Made by a program: the position numbers and the translations under genes | The notes under the pieces: model-generated | The model's database searches: none | What the model was told of the DNA's origin: nothing | Seen by the model: the letters and a program-made list of their open reading frames with translations, nothing else | DNA from: Camelus dromedarius | Lineage: Eukaryota | NCBI RefSeq assembly: GCF_036321535.1 | Contig: NC_087437.1 | Span: 7,812,001 to 7,876,000 of the forward strand | Length of the DNA stretch: 64,000 nt | Direction of reading: 5' to 3' | Shown: positions 1 to 13,986 of the stretch, piece after piece | Numbering within the stretch: the stretch's first letter is position 1 | How the letters are laid out: each line of letters starts with the position of its first letter

Positions 1-159
1 CTTCTGGGGAGCCTTAACCAAGACTGTTTCTTTCTCCACTATGTATGCATACCATAATAAAAATGGTAACTTGCTTATAAAGGCACCTGGCCATGCTGCA
101 ACACCAGTGCCCTGGGGCTCTACACACAGCGTGTGAGCACTGCGGCACAGCAGACAGGA

Positions 160-575
160 ACCTGGGCTTTTAACACCACATGGATCTGGATTGAAACCCT
201 GACTCTGCCATTTTGAACAAGTTATTTAATCTCTCTGAGCCTTGGTTTTCTCATCTTTAAAAATGGGAGTGGGGGGGTATAGCTCAAATGGTAGAGCGCG
301 TGCTTAGCATGCACGAGGTCCTGGGTTTAATCCCCAGTACCTCCATTTAAAAAAAAATTATAATAAACAATTAAATGGACTTAATGACCTCCCCCTTCCA
401 AAATTCTTTTAATGGTGATGATAATTTCTAAGCTGTTGTAATGATTAATAAAATAATAAATCAAAATATGGATAATTGACCTATTCTATAGGATTATTAC
501 ATATAAATGAGATGGAAGATGTGCCGCCCTAATAGTGTGCCTGGAACACAAGAAGCACTCAATAAGTGTTAACTG
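160..575 (+). mobile_element. MIR SINE remnant interrupted by a younger SINE
   Basis: MIR core-like text 'aagttatttaatctctctgagccttggttttctcatctttaaaaatggg' and tail 'gtgcctggaacacaagaagcactcaataagtgtta'. Confidence 0.7.
271..403 (+). mobile_element. tRNA-Ala(AGC)-derived SINE, Vic-1-like (camelid)
   Basis: tRNA-like head with A box (tagctcaaatggtag), anticodon arm cgtgc-ttagcat-gcacg and degenerate B box (ggtttaatcc), then an A-rich tail and a 'taatgacctccccc' motif shared with other copies in the window. Confidence 0.85.
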
Positions 576-819
576 TGGCTGCATTCTTGCCTAGCTAAAC
601 CCTGTTACAGCATGATTCCTCCACACCAATTTAAAACACCATTTGGAATTATTGCTGTAATTATGCATCCTTTAATCCTTTCTCTCTTCTCTCTGTCCAC
701 ATAAACTCATCTTTATACACACATCTAAGTCTGATTTCATAAGCTTATATTTTCCTGGATGGTTTTTCATATTACTGAAGTATTTTCTGACATCAAAGAC
801 ATTCACCATGGGGCTTCCT

Positions 820-3800
820 TTTTTCTTCCAGTTTTATTGAAATATAATTGACATACAGCACTGTATAAGTTTAGGATATACAATACCATAATGATCTGAC
901 TTATGTGCATTCTGAAATGACTCTCACAGTAAGTTTAGTGATCATCCATCATCTCAAATAGATATGAAGTCAAAGAAATAGAAAAAGATTTTTTCCTTGT
1001 GATGGAAACACTAGGATTTATTCTCTTAACAACTTTCATATCTAACATACCGCAGTGTTAATTATGTCTGTCATGTTGTACCTTATATCCCTAGGACTTA
1101 CTTACCTTATAACTGGAAGTTTGTAACTTTTGATTGCCTGTACCAATTCCACCTACCCTGCCTCTGGTAACCACAAATCTGATCTCTTCCTATGAGTTTG
1201 TATGTTTTAGAAGTATAATTGACCTACAACACTTAGTTCCTGTTACACAACATACTCATTCAATATTTCTATACATTTCAAAATGATCTCTATAATAAGG
1301 CTAGTTATGGTCTGTCCCCATACAAGATATTATACAGTTACTGACTGTATTCCCCACACTGTACATTTCATACCTGTGACTCATTTATTTTGCAGTGGGA
1401 AGTTTGTGCTTAATCTCCCTCACATATTTCTTCCCCTCACCTCTCTTCCCTCTGGCAACCACCTGTTCTCTGCATATATAACTCTGTTTCTGTTTTGGTA
1501 TGTTTATTGATTTGTCTCAATTTTTAGATTCCACTTATAAGTGAAATCATATAGTATATGTTTTTCTTTTACTGACTTACTTCACTTAGCATAATACCCT
1601 CTGAGTTCATCAAGTTTGTCACATGTGGCAAAAGTTCATTTTTTATGGCTGAGTAATACTTCGACACTGCATATTCCTTATCCATTCACCTATTAATGGG
1701 CACTTAGGTTGTTTCCATATCTTGGTTCTAGTTAATAATTATGCTGCTATGAGCATTGGAGTACATGTATCTTTTTGAATTATTGTTTTTGTTTTCTTCA
1801 GATAAATAGCCAGGGTGGAATTGCTGGATCATATGCTAGTTCTATTTTTAATTTTTTGAGGAACCTCCATACTGTGTTCCATAGTGGCTGCACCAATTTA
1901 CATTACCACCACAAGGGTTCCCTTCTGTCCACATCCTCACCAACACTTCTTGTTTCTTGTCTTCTCTATGACAGCTATTGTGACAGGTGTGAAGTGATAT
2001 CCCACTGTGGTTTTGATTTGCATTTTCCTGATGATTAATGGCACTGAGCACTGTTTTATGTGCCTTTTGGCCATCTGTATGTCTTTTTTTAAGAAATAGC
2101 TATTGACATCTTCTGCCTGTTTTTTAATTTGGTTTTTTTTTTTTTTGATGTTGAGTCATATGAGTTCTTTGTATATTTTGAATATTAACCACTTCTCAGA
2201 CATACCATTTGCAAGTATCTTCTCCCATTCAGTAGGTGGCCTTTTCATTTTGTTGACAGTTTCCTTCACTCTGCAAGATCTCTTTAGTTTGATGTAGTCG
2301 CATTTGTTTATTTTTTCTTTTGTTTCCCTTGCCTGAGGAGATTGGCCCAAAAAAACTATTACTGAGGCTGAAGTCAAAAAGCTTGCTGCCAATATTTCCT
2401 TTTAGGAGACTTATGGTTTCAGGTCTTACATTTAATCCATTTTGAATTCATTTTTATGTGTGATGTGAAAAAGTAGTCCTTTGACTCTTTTAAATGTAGT
2501 TGTCCAGTTTTCCCAACACTATTCATTGATGAGGCTCTCTTTTCCCCATTGTATATTCTTGACCCCTTTGGCATAGATTAGTTGTACACATAACTGTGGG
2601 TTCATTTCTGGGCTCTCTATTCTGTTCCATTGATCTATGTGTCTGTTTGTGTGCCAGCACCATACTGTTTTGATTAGTATAGCTTTGAAATATAGTTTGA
2701 AATCAGGGAGCATAATACCCCCAGCTTTGCTCTTTTTTCTCAAGGTGGTTTTGGCTATTCAGGGTCTTTTGTGTTTCCATATAAATTTTAGAATTAATTG
2801 TTCTAGTTCTGTTAAAAAAATATATGCCGTTGGTATTTTGGTAGGGATTGCATTGACTCTGTAGATTGCTTTGGGTAAAATGGTCATTTTAACAATGTTA
2901 ATTCTTCCAATCCATAAACACAATATGTCTTTCCATCTGTTTGCATTGTTTTTATTTTCTTTAATCAGGAGCTCATAGTTTTCTGTACACAGTTCTTTTA
3001 CTTCCTTAGATGTATGCCTTGGATTTTATCCTTTTTGATGCAATTGCAGATGGGATTGTTTTCTTGATTTCTATTTCTGATAGCTTGTTGTTAGTCTTTA
3101 GAAGTGCAACACACTTCTGTGTATTAATTTTGTATCCTGAAACTTTACTGAATTCATTTATTAGTTCTAATAGTTTTTTGGTTGTGTCTTTAGGGCTTTC
3201 TCTGTATAGTATCATGTCATCTGCAAACAAAGAGTTTTACTTATTCCTCTCCAATTTGGATGCCTTTAAATTTTTTCTTGTGTGATTGCTGTGGCTAGGA
3301 GTTCCAATACTATGTTAAATAAAAGTGGCAAGGGTGGGCATCTTTGTCTTGTTCCTGAACTTAGAAGAAATGCTATCAGCTTTTCACTATTGAGTGTGAC
3401 ATTAGCTGTGGGCTTGTCATATATGGCCTTAATTCTGTAGAGATATATTCCCTATACCCACTTTGTTGAGAGATTTTTATCATAAATGGATGTTGATTTT
3501 TGTCAAAAGCTTTCTCTCCATCTATTGAGATGATCATATGATTTTTTCTTTAGTTTGTTAATCTGATGTATCATATTGGTTGATTTGCAGATATGAAACC
3601 ATCCTTGCATCCCTGGAATAAATCCCACTTGATCATGGTGTATGGTCCTCATAATGCGTTGTTAAATTCTGTTTGCTAATATTTCGTTGAGGAATTTTGC
3701 ATCTGTGTTCATCAGTGACATTGGCCTGTAATTTTCTTTTTTGTGTGATATCTTTGTCTAATTTGTTATCAAGATAATGCTGGCATTGTAGAGTGGGTTT

Positions 3801-6800
3801 AGAAGTGTTCCTTCTTCTGCAGTTTTTTTTTTTTTTTTTGGAATAGCTTGAGAAAGATAGATGGATACTCTTCTCTAAAGGTTTGGTAGAGTTCACCTGT
3901 GAAGACATCTGGTCCTGGACTTTTGTTTGTTGGGAGTTTTTAAATTACTGATTCAGTTTCATTACTTGTAGTTGATCTGTTCATATTTTTTATTTCTTCC
4001 TAGTTCAGTCTTGGGAGATTGTACATTTCTAGGTATTTGTCCATTTCATGTAGGTTGTCCATTTTATTGGTATGTAATTGTTCATAGTAATCTCTTACGA
4101 TCATTCATATTTCTGTGGTGTCAGTTGTAATTTCCCTTCTTTCATTTCTAATTTGGACCCTCTCTAATTTTTTCTTGGTACATCTAGCTAAAGGTTTATC
4201 CATTTTTTTAAATCTTTTCAAAGACCAAATCCTATTTTCATTTATCTTTTCTGTCAGTTTTTATGTGTTTATTTCATTTATTTCTGCTCTAATCTTTATT
4301 ATTTCTTTTCTTCTACTAACTTTGGGTTTTGTTGTTTGGGGTTTTTTTTTCTTATTCCTATAGTTGTAAAATTAGATTGTTTATCTGAGATTTTCTTGTT
4401 CCTGAGATAGGCTTGTATTACTGTAAATTTCCCTCTTAGAACTGTTTTTGCTGCATCCCATAGATCTTGGATTATTGTGTTTTCATTTTCATTTGTCTCC
4501 AGGTGTTTTTTGACTTCTGCAGTGATCCATTGTGTAATAGTATATTGTATAGGCTCCAGGTGTTTATGTTTTTTGCAATTTTTTCTTGAAGTTGATTTTT
4601 AGTTTCATAGTTCTTTGGTCAGAAAAGATGCTTGATATGGTTTCAATTTTCTTAAATTTACTGAGACTTGTTTTTTGGCCTAGCATGTAATCTATTGTGA
4701 AGAATGGTCCATGTGCACATAAAAAGAATGCATATTCCGCTAATTTGAGATGGAATGTTCTATATATACATATTAATTGCATCTGATCTAATGTGTCATT
4801 TGAGGCCAATGTTTTCTTACTGATTTTCTGTCTGAATGATCTATCCATTGATGTAAGTTGAATGTTTAAAGTCTTCTACTGTTAGTGTGTTACTGCCAAT
4901 TTTTTCTTTTATGTCTGTTAATATACGCTTTATATATTTAGGTGCTCCTATGTTGGATGCACATACATTTACAATTGTTATATCTTCTTGCATTGATTCC
5001 TTGATCATATGCAGTGTCCTTCTTTGTCTCTTGTTACAGTCCCTTTAACATTTCTTGTAAAGCTGGTTTGGTGGTGCTGAATTCTTTTAGCTTTTGCTTG
5101 TCTGTAAAACTCTCTTTATTTCTCCATCAAATCTGAATGAAAACATTGCCAGGTAGAGTACTTTTGGTTGTAGATTTTCCCCTTTTATCACATTAAACAT
5201 ATCATGCCACTCCCTTCTAGCCTGAAGTTTCTGTTGGAAAGTCAGCTGTTTGCCTCATGGGAGTTCCCTTGTATGTAACTGTCGCTTTTTATTTGCTGCT
5301 TTTAACATTCCCTCTTTATCTTTATTATTTGCCATCTTAATTGCAATGTGTCCTGGGATGGTCCTCTTTGGGTTGGTCCTGTTTGGGACTCTATTCTTCC
5401 TGGAACTGGATTTCTGTTTCCTTTTGTGATTTAGGGAAATTTTCAGCTGTTATGACTTCAAATATGTTTTCTGCCTCTTACTCTCTTCTCCTTCTGGGAC
5501 CCCTATAATTCAAATGTTAGTGTCCTTGATGTTGTCCCAGATGTCTCTTAAAGTATCCTCATTTCTTTTTCTTTTTCCTTTTTTCTGTTCTGCTTCAGTG
5601 ATTTTCACTACTTTTGTCTTCCAGCTCACTGATCCATTCCTCTGTATCATTTAATCTGCTATTGATTCCTTCTAGAGTATTTTTTATTTCAGTTATGATA
5701 TTCTTCATCTGTTTGGTTCTTCTTTATATTTTCTCACTCTTTGTTATAAATTTCTAACTTCTTATTCTGTCCATCTAATCTTCTCCTGAGTTCTTTAAAC
5801 ACCTTTACAATAATTACCTTGAACTCTTTATCAGGTAGATTGCTTCTCTCCACTTAGCTCTTCTGGTGTTTTATCTTGTTCCTTCATTTGGAGCATGTTA
5901 TTCTTTTGCCTTATTTTGCCTGATCTGCTGGGTTTTTTTTTTTTTCCTATGTGTTTGGTGGATTGATTAGTTTTCCTGACCTTCGAGAAGTGCCCTCTTG
6001 CAGAAATGTCCTGTGCATCCCAGAAGCACACTCCCCTCTGGCCACGAGATCTGTATGCTCTTGGGATGCCCCTGTGTGGGTCCTTCTCTTCTTGGAGGCT
6101 GACTACTGTGGGTGATCCAGTAGGTGTGGCTGGCCCCTGGTTAGGTTGGTTGCAAGGCCCTGCCTTGTGTGGAGGCTGTTGGCCATGGTAGGTGAGGCCA
6201 TGTCCTGGAGCTGCTGCAGGCTCAAGGGGTCTTAAGACAGCCACCCTGCTGATGGGTGGGACTGTGTCCCAACCAGGTTAGTTGCTTGCTCTGAGGTGTC
6301 TCAGTACTAGTGCTGACAGACTGGTGGTTGGGGCCAGTTCCCAACACTAATAAGCGAGAGGGAAGATTCCAAAATGGTGCTTTGCCAGCACCAATGTCCA
6401 CATGGTACAATAAGTTCCCCAAAATGTTGCCACCAATGTCCGTGTCCTCAGGGTGAGCTCCATTGCCTCTTCTCTCTCTGGGATGCTCTCCAAGGTCAGC
6501 AGGTAGGTCTGACCCAGGCTCCTTTCAAATGACCACTTCTCCCCTGGGCACCACAGCGTGTGAGATTTTTCTGTGTACCCTTTAAGAATACAATTTCTCT
6601 TTCTCTCAGCCTTGAAGTAAGCCATGCTAGCCTTCAAAGCCAGGTGTTCTGGGGGCTCATCTCCCCGATGCAGGACCCCCAGGCTGGGGAGCCCTCACTC
6701 CCTGGGGGAACCTCTGTAGTTGTAATTACCCACTCATTTGTAGGTTTCCCACTGTGGGTCTAAGTCTTGACTATATACCCTGTCTCCACCCTTCCTACCC

Positions 6801-6952
6801 ATCTCACTGGTTGCTTCTTTATATCTTTAGTCTTAGAAGATCTTTTCTGGCAGCTCTTCTGGTCTTTCTCATCACAGTTGCTCTGTAAATATTTGTAATT
6901 TGGGTGTGCCCATGTGAGGAAGTGACCCTACTCTGCCATTTGGCCACACCCT
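820..6952 (-). mobile_element. Near full-length decayed LINE-1 (5'UTR, ORF1, ORF2, 3'UTR), antisense to KCNH8
   Basis: Minus-strand ORF fragments match L1 ORF2: MFADDMILY (reverse transcriptase), [31 protein letters not shown], and endonuclease-region IDYMLGQKTSLSKFKKIE. T-rich 3' end near 820, GC-richer 5'UTR at about 5950-6950, many stops and frameshifts. Confidence 0.95.
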
Positions 6953-8848
6953 CCTATAGGCTTTCCTTAAGTAACATGCTTCTATTCCTTTCATTAAAGC
7001 TAAAATATCTGTTATTTTACCAAATTCTAATATAAACTTCTCAGGAACACATCTGTTGTGCAAAGCAGGTCACACCTGTGTAAACTGTGAATGCACACAT
7101 ACGCACAATAAAAGTAAGTATATTATTGGCAGAAACCCAAAGAGTAAAATAACAAGAAATTCCTGCTTAGAGTTAAAAGTATATAATTGAACAAAATACT
7201 GGGCCCAGGGTAAGTATGCAATGAAAAATACATGGATTGAATTATCATGCTTAATTATAGACTCTTCTGGGAGTGGTCATTAAGAGTCATTCTATCTTTG
7301 AAATTGATATTTATTTCACAAATCTATTCTATTTTATTCATCTAATCTATTTTGGCAATGACAGGATTATTTTATGATATCTTTTGCTTTTATCAGATGG
7401 CAGTGTGTTCACATGTTTAGATTCTACTTTATTTTGTGTATGTTTTTTCCTTCAAAATGTTATTTAGGTAAAAGAAAATTGAGCAGAAGCAGACAGACTG
7501 TTCTAGGACATCCCTTCCTTTAGAGAAGAGTTTCTCTGGATTAAAAAAAGATTGGCTTCCAAATTGGTTAAATTGCTGCTTCTGTACAGTCCAGTGACAT
7601 GTTGTCTTGTTACAGTAGAACATGTGCTCTCCTTGCAGACAAGCTGTTCTGTGAAAAAGTTTTATTTAGCCCACAGAGCCAATCCCCGGGTTTGTGGGCG
7701 TTACCTCCTTTCCGTGTTACCAGGTTTTCTCACCATTATTGCTTCTGTTCCATCAGCTGTAACACAGTTTAGTAGCAACCCTTCTTAAAAAACAAGATGT
7801 TTCTGAAAGTAGACAGAACAGTTGGCTAGACAGAAAAGAGATATCAACAGAAGCAGTTCTGTTGTTTGTCTGTGTTTTGCTCCCCGAATCACTTCTGAGA
7901 CAGTTTCACACAAATGTAAGTGAGCAGGAATTGAGTGAGAATGTAATCTAATATAACCTGTGTATCCTATCGCAAACTTTCATCTTCTTTGATTAAGGAA
8001 GTCAAATTAAATGAAAACTGATATGATTTGGGGAATTCTTTAATGTTTCACTTTTATTCCAGTTAATAAATATATCAGCTAGGTTTGTTTGGTTTTAATT
8101 TTTTTATGAGAAAACTTTGGTTTCTGTAAGTAAATGAACACTTCAAGATCAGTAGATTTTTTTTTTTTCATGACCTGATTGTATAACTGATCCAGCTGAG
8201 AGGGAGCAGTGGCTTTATTGTGTGTGGTGGTGGTGGTTTCATTCCTCTAGGCATCAACTAAAACAAAAATTAGGTCATGCAATATTTACTCTCTGGGCAA
8301 AATGACATTTCTCAGCTGCTCAGACTTCCCAATAATTAGCAGGAATGATCAACATGGAACAAAGAGACAGTTCTCTCTAGTCACTTCTTTTCTGAGCAGA
8401 AATATGACATCCCTTTCAGAGCACTACTTGGAAGACACATGAGAACTACCCATCCACCAGCTACTCAACTCCTTGTGGTTGACCACACTTGACAAGGCTC
8501 GGGTCAAATGCTTACAAGAGCACTGCTCTAGAGAAGTCAACATCCTGCGTATAATGATGTGTTCAGCTGTCATCTTTGCTCCCTGATTTTACCTGTCTTG
8601 ATTCTCTTCCTACAGTGCATATAAATACGCCAGTAGTATTTTTTTAAATGCACATTCAGTTCGCTTTTGTGGTATCTCTTTAATTAATCTGAGATAAATT
8701 GTCTTTATTTCTAAATCTTCTTCCATACAGGATTAAACCAGGTTTTACCAAATCATGCTTTCTCGCCTCCTCCTTTCCCTCACTTAAAACTCTAGTGCAG
8801 AGCTCTTTAATCTGGGCCCTTGGACCAGCTGAAAATGTGCCTGAAATC

Positions 8849-8874
8849 GTGTGTGTGTGTGTGTGTGTGTGTGT
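8849..8874. repeat. (GT)n microsatellite
   Basis: Run of about 13 GT units read directly. Confidence 0.95.
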
Positions 8875-9699
8875 CCATGTATGCTTTGTCCTGGGAAAAG
8901 GAGCATGTCTTTCTTCACATTCACAAATGGGTGTGGAAGTCCCAAGTTTTAAGAACTGCCATCCCCTGGATTTTCTCCCTTTTGTTTCTCTTAGATGAAA
9001 ATTTCTCTTAGTTTCTTAGTTTCTCTCAGTTCTGTCATATGCCAGCCCTGGGTTCTATTGAATACACTTGGTCGCCACCTTCCTTTTCCATTATAATTCA
9101 CTCCCGATCTCATATTTTCCCTCACTCTGAATTTTATACTTTTCTTTGTTCCAATTTAAGCAACATAAGAAAGTGAGAGAGAAGAGATATCAGCCACTGA
9201 ACCAATCAGTCACAGAGTTGGCATTTTCTTCACATGACATCTCATTTAATCCCACTGCAACCATACCAGTTAGAGAGTATCCCTGTTTTGATGAGAAAAG
9301 GGAAGAGGAAATTAGTCATTCCCACAGCCTGCAATGGAAGAGTCCAGATTGAAATCTGTGTTTGAATGTGGAGTTTAGCCCTTCACAAAGCCTTTGCAAA
9401 CAGAATAAATGGGCATAGCTTACTAGTGGCATCACCTTTCCTAGCGTGTAACTTTCACACTGTTACGATTCTCTATCATCAAAAAATACATTCACTACAC
9501 TTTGTTCATAAATCTAGTACAAATTTATAAACGCACATGTGGTGCTGTGTTGCACCAGTGTTGGCGTATTATCTCATACTACCGCAGAGGGCAGGAACCA
9601 TTTACACGTTCATTAATTCATTCATTTTTTAAGATAGCATTTATTAAACCCTACTATTGTTAGGGGCTTTGTTAAGTTCCGGAATAGTGCTTCTAAGCT

Positions 9700-10062
9700 C
9701 TCTCTTAGCATTAGATTCTACTGGGGAACTTTTTAAAAATACCAGTACCTGAGCTCGGAACCAGAAGTTTTGATTCAGTACTGGAGGTTGCCCTGGGGCA
9801 GTGTATTTTTAAAAAAGCCTTCCCAGCTGCCGCCAGCATTGAGGACCCCTTGTTCTGGAGCAGTGACTTTTCAAAGCGCGGTGCCCTGAATCTGTAGTGT
9901 GAGCATCCTGTGGGAACCTCTCTTAAAGGCGGGTTCTCAGCCCTTACCCCTCAGCCCTCCCGTGCACTGTACCAGAAGCTCCAGGGATCAGACCTGGCTG
10001 TCTCTAACGAGGCCTTTGGGTGTTTCGGAGGTGAGCTAATGGTTGAGAAACACTTCTCTAGA
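9700..10062. mobile_element. Two adjacent MER5-type (hAT-Charlie) DNA transposon remnants
   Basis: 'tagtgcttctaagct...gattcagtactggagg...gcattgaggaccc' followed by 'cagtgacttttcaaagcgcgg...ggttgagaaacact'; recognised as MER5-like ends. Confidence 0.6.
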
Positions 10063-10275
10063 GACAGGATAAATAAGGCACAGGACTTGCCACTCAGCCT
10101 TTCTTCTTGACCTCAAGGAACCCAGTTGTTTCAAATTTGCATTTTAATCATCTAGCGCAGTTTCATAATCTGTAACTTTAATAATGACAGCACTTTTACT
10201 ACTTTAAAAAGGTAATAACTTTCCCTCTTCTTGGACAGCCATTAAGTAAAGTGTTAATAAGAAAGTAGTGGTCAG

Positions 10276-10379
10276 GCTGGGGAAGGTATAGCTTAGCATG
10301 CACAGAGCCCTGGGTTCAAAACCCCCTTTAAAAGTAAATAATTACCAAATTATCCCCCGCCCCAAATAACTTACTCAGC
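10276..10379 (+). mobile_element. Vic-1-like SINE, internally deleted
   Basis: Head ggggaaggtatagct^tagcatgc lacks the D-arm segment. Flanked by a 17-nt TSD aagaaa(g/a)tagtggtcag at 10259-10275 and 10380-10396. Confidence 0.8.
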
Positions 10380-10589
10380 AAGAAAATAGTGGTCAGTGAA
10401 CAACATTCCTTAGCAAAAGTCTTATGGGTTGAGCTGCGTTGTCATAGGTTTTGTTACACACACAGAGAGAGAATTTTTAAATACAAAATTTTAGAGGGAA
10501 AATATTTCCAATAAACAATTTTAAAGTGGCCTTTGGGTTGTGTTTCCATCCTATTATATTATACTTGTTATTTCCCCTCTTTATTGGCA

Positions 10590-10720
10590 TAGTTTTTATA
10601 GCTTTATGACAGTATAATTGACATACAATAAAATGCGTGTATTTAAAACATTTTATCTGATACGTTTTGACACACACATACACCAGGATGATGAAACAGT
10701 TGCAGGGGGGCATCCAGTTC
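10590..10720 (-). mobile_element. Short L1 3'-end fragment
   Basis: 'tttttatagctttatgacagtataattgacatacaataaaatgc...' is a typical antisense L1M 3' terminus. Confidence 0.65.
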
Positions 10721-11218
10721 TGTTACAGGTACCTCTTAGTTGTGCTTTTCCCCCCACCACCCCCAAATAGCAGAATAAGGCCGCAGAGAAAGCTTCCTGA
10801 AGAAACCGTGAGTTAACACCTACAAAGCAACTGATACCAGTGCAAGTGAGTGAAATAGGGAAAGGTTGTACCGGATTGAAATAAAGCCCTTCTTACCTGT
10901 CTGAAGTCTAGATTCTTGTCTTGGTTGCTGTTTGTCATCGTGTAGAGTTGAAAATACCTGCCAACCCCTTTGTTTCTTAAAATTCCAATTGAGAAATGAG
11001 CTTAATGGCTAATGAAATCCCGGTTTCTAGCTCTGCAGGTAGTTTCTTGCTTTAGGGTAACATGTTCAGCTTTGACTACCAGTCCGGTCTTGAAAGCGTA
11101 TTTCTCTGCTGCGCGTATGATAAGAAAACAGTTGCATAAAAGTGATGCTTTTGCTTTTAGAGTCATGGGATCTAATTCCTTGCCTTCAATTTCCTTTTAA
11201 CTTTCTTCTTTCTCCTGA

Positions 11219-11617
<399 letters not shown>

Positions 11618-12099
11618 TAAAAGCGCTAATGAGGAAATCTGTGACCAACATTCTAATATCCATGTAGATTAGCAGCGAATGTCTGTGACGGCAGAGAATT
11701 CCACATTCTGACGGATGAGGAAATAACTGTTTACCTGATGGTCGATTTTGAAAGGGCGGGCACTTTGTTTTCCTAACATGCTATTTACCTTTAGTGTTGG
11801 TGAGTTACAAGAGTCTGAATCTCAAGTATCCATTTGAAATGCCATTTTATAGCTCCAAACAGGTCAGGGTTATCAAATCTTATTAATACTAACATAGAAA
11901 ATCAATTAAGGATGTTTGATAGATAAAGACAAAAACAAACACCAGTACAATAATGGTAAACATTTAACCTTTATTAATAGCTTTTATGTTCCATTGTCTG
12001 TGCTGAGTGCTTCAGTACAATACCTTAAGCAATTCTGAAGGCAAATCTGTGGGTTTGGAACCATTTATTATCCCATTTAATGAACAGACAAGTGATTAT

Positions 12100-12619
12100 A
12101 TATTATCTCTGAGCTTCAAACCCACCTTCTGTCCTCTGCTTTGTAATGCTGGGTGTGGACTCTGCATATCTCCTCCTTCTTTGCCCACTGACATCAGTTA
12201 CTTCTACCAATAGGGGCGCCAGAGGGAGGCTGGAACTTACGGCCCCTGACCTGCGCACTGTGTGGTCAGTGGTGGCCACCGCAGACAGCTGCAGGTGGTT
12301 TCTGACTTCAGCCCCTTCGGTTACCTTCAGAACCAGCCTCACTGGGCCTCCTCAGAGATCCCTGCCTCTGTCGGGAGGGCCCCCACATCCAAAGTCAGAG
12401 CTCTGGCTCTTGTGGCTCCCCACAGCTTCTCCCCTGGGCTCAGGGGTTCCGATAACCCCACGTCTTCCCTCTGTTCATCCAGCTCCAAGGGCAGAAGCTG
12501 CTTCCTGCGGTTATTATAGTCATCTCACCTCTTTTTGATCCTTCATCCCTCCAAGGCCAAGGCAAGCTCCCCCTGCTGAAATATTTAATTTCTCTTCTCT
12601 GAACCTCCTAACTGATACA
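12100..12619. mobile_element. Old ERVL-type solo LTR (LTR33/LTR16-like)
   Basis: GC-richer block containing 'ccaataggggcgccagagggagg' and ending 'ctaactgataca', a typical ERVL LTR terminus. Left boundary uncertain. Confidence 0.5.
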
Positions 12620-13986
12620 GGATTGGTGCTATTATTACCCACATTTTTCAGATGACAGATCTAAAGCTGGGGAAAAGAGAGTGACATTCTCAATGCCATA
12701 TAACCAGTAAGTAAAGAGGCAAGGTTTGAACCCAAGTGAAATGGAGATATGGGTATCTACTCAGATCAAGCAAATATTCTTAAAACAGAGTTCTGTTAGT
12801 ATTTTCTGCCCCACCGTCTTCCCTCAAAAGCTTGTTTTATCATGTTCTCTTAGTGGCCTCCGTCCCAGACATCACTTTGAGTTTTGACCCTTATTGTAGA
12901 GGATGGTTTCCACCAGCTTCCTTGCATAGATGTGAAATGAACATGTGGGTCTTCCAGCCATGAGTCACCCAGCCTACCAGGAAACCAGGGCAGCATAAAG
13001 CCAAACTTTCCCTCGAGGAGTTGACGATCAGTTTGGAAGAGAGAAGCTGAAATATGTGGAGAGAGTTTTAACAACACCAGGCAGTCAATGCTAAGTGCCA
13101 GATCAGTTAGGGAGTTCAGAAGCAGTGAGAAATGGGGCCAGGGATTGGGAGAATTTCTTGGAAAGGCAGTGCTTGTGGCAGAGTTGCTGGAGTTAGTATG
13201 CTGGGACTGCAGCAGTGGGAACAGGCTCTTGGCTGATATAGTGCCGTAACAGCCCAGGGAGCAGAGGCCAGGAATTCTCATTTTCAGAAGAGCTGCTATG
13301 TGCCAGACCCCCTGGTGGCTACTTTATACCCAGTATTATGGCTTATACAATTGCGGCTCTCCTTGCTGGTCCATCTTTCAGCCTAGCAGAATGACAAGCA
13401 TGTTGCAAACAAACACAGACTACCTATTTAATAGTATTAATTTGCCCGCATTTCTTCTACTCCTGATGGAAATTTTGGGAAATGCTCAAGGCTTAACCTC
13501 CTAATTCGATGTTTAAAGAAGAGGTTCGATAATTGAGCTTATTTCCCATTGATCCACTGACTAGAATATAAGTCGTCCTGAATCAAATTGTTAAGGGATA
13601 AATTATTCCCTGCTATTCACTGTAAGTAGAAGCTATGATGCTCCACAAAGCCAAATAATATGGGAAATAATCAGGTAATGCCACTTTGTCACTTGTTAAA
13701 TGTTGCAAATTGTGCTGGTCCAAAACCAGTGCTCATTTGTTAATGGCTTTAAAGCACATAGGTGACTGGAGCAACACTTAGGAAACCACTGGTTTTGATC
13801 GGCAGATGGCATCTAAGTAACTCAAATTTATTAATTAAAGCTTCCCAAATTTGTGTCTGTGGGAAGTAACTCTATTATTGTGGCAGTGACCGTAGGCTAA
13901 GAGAAATGACACCTCGGTTTTAGTATTTCCTAATTAACTAATTACTTGTGTAATGTTGAGAACTAGTCATAAGAGCTCACAGTATT

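Noticed and set aside
271..345. Functional tRNA-Ala gene
   Set aside because: The T-loop/B box is mutated, it is followed by a SINE A-rich tail, and five similar dispersed copies occur, several with TSDs. It is a SINE.
1283..6763. Cluster of 60-137-aa ORFs on both strands
   Set aside because: All lie within a decayed L1 and are broken ORF pieces or antisense frames.
806..6968. TSD for the long L1 (ccatggggcttcctt versus cctataggctttcctt)
   Set aside because: Suggestive but too degenerate to call.
12103..13281. Overlapping 79-143-aa ORFs in a GC-richer patch
   Set aside because: No recognisable domain or splice structure; best explained by old LTR-like sequence with few stop codons.
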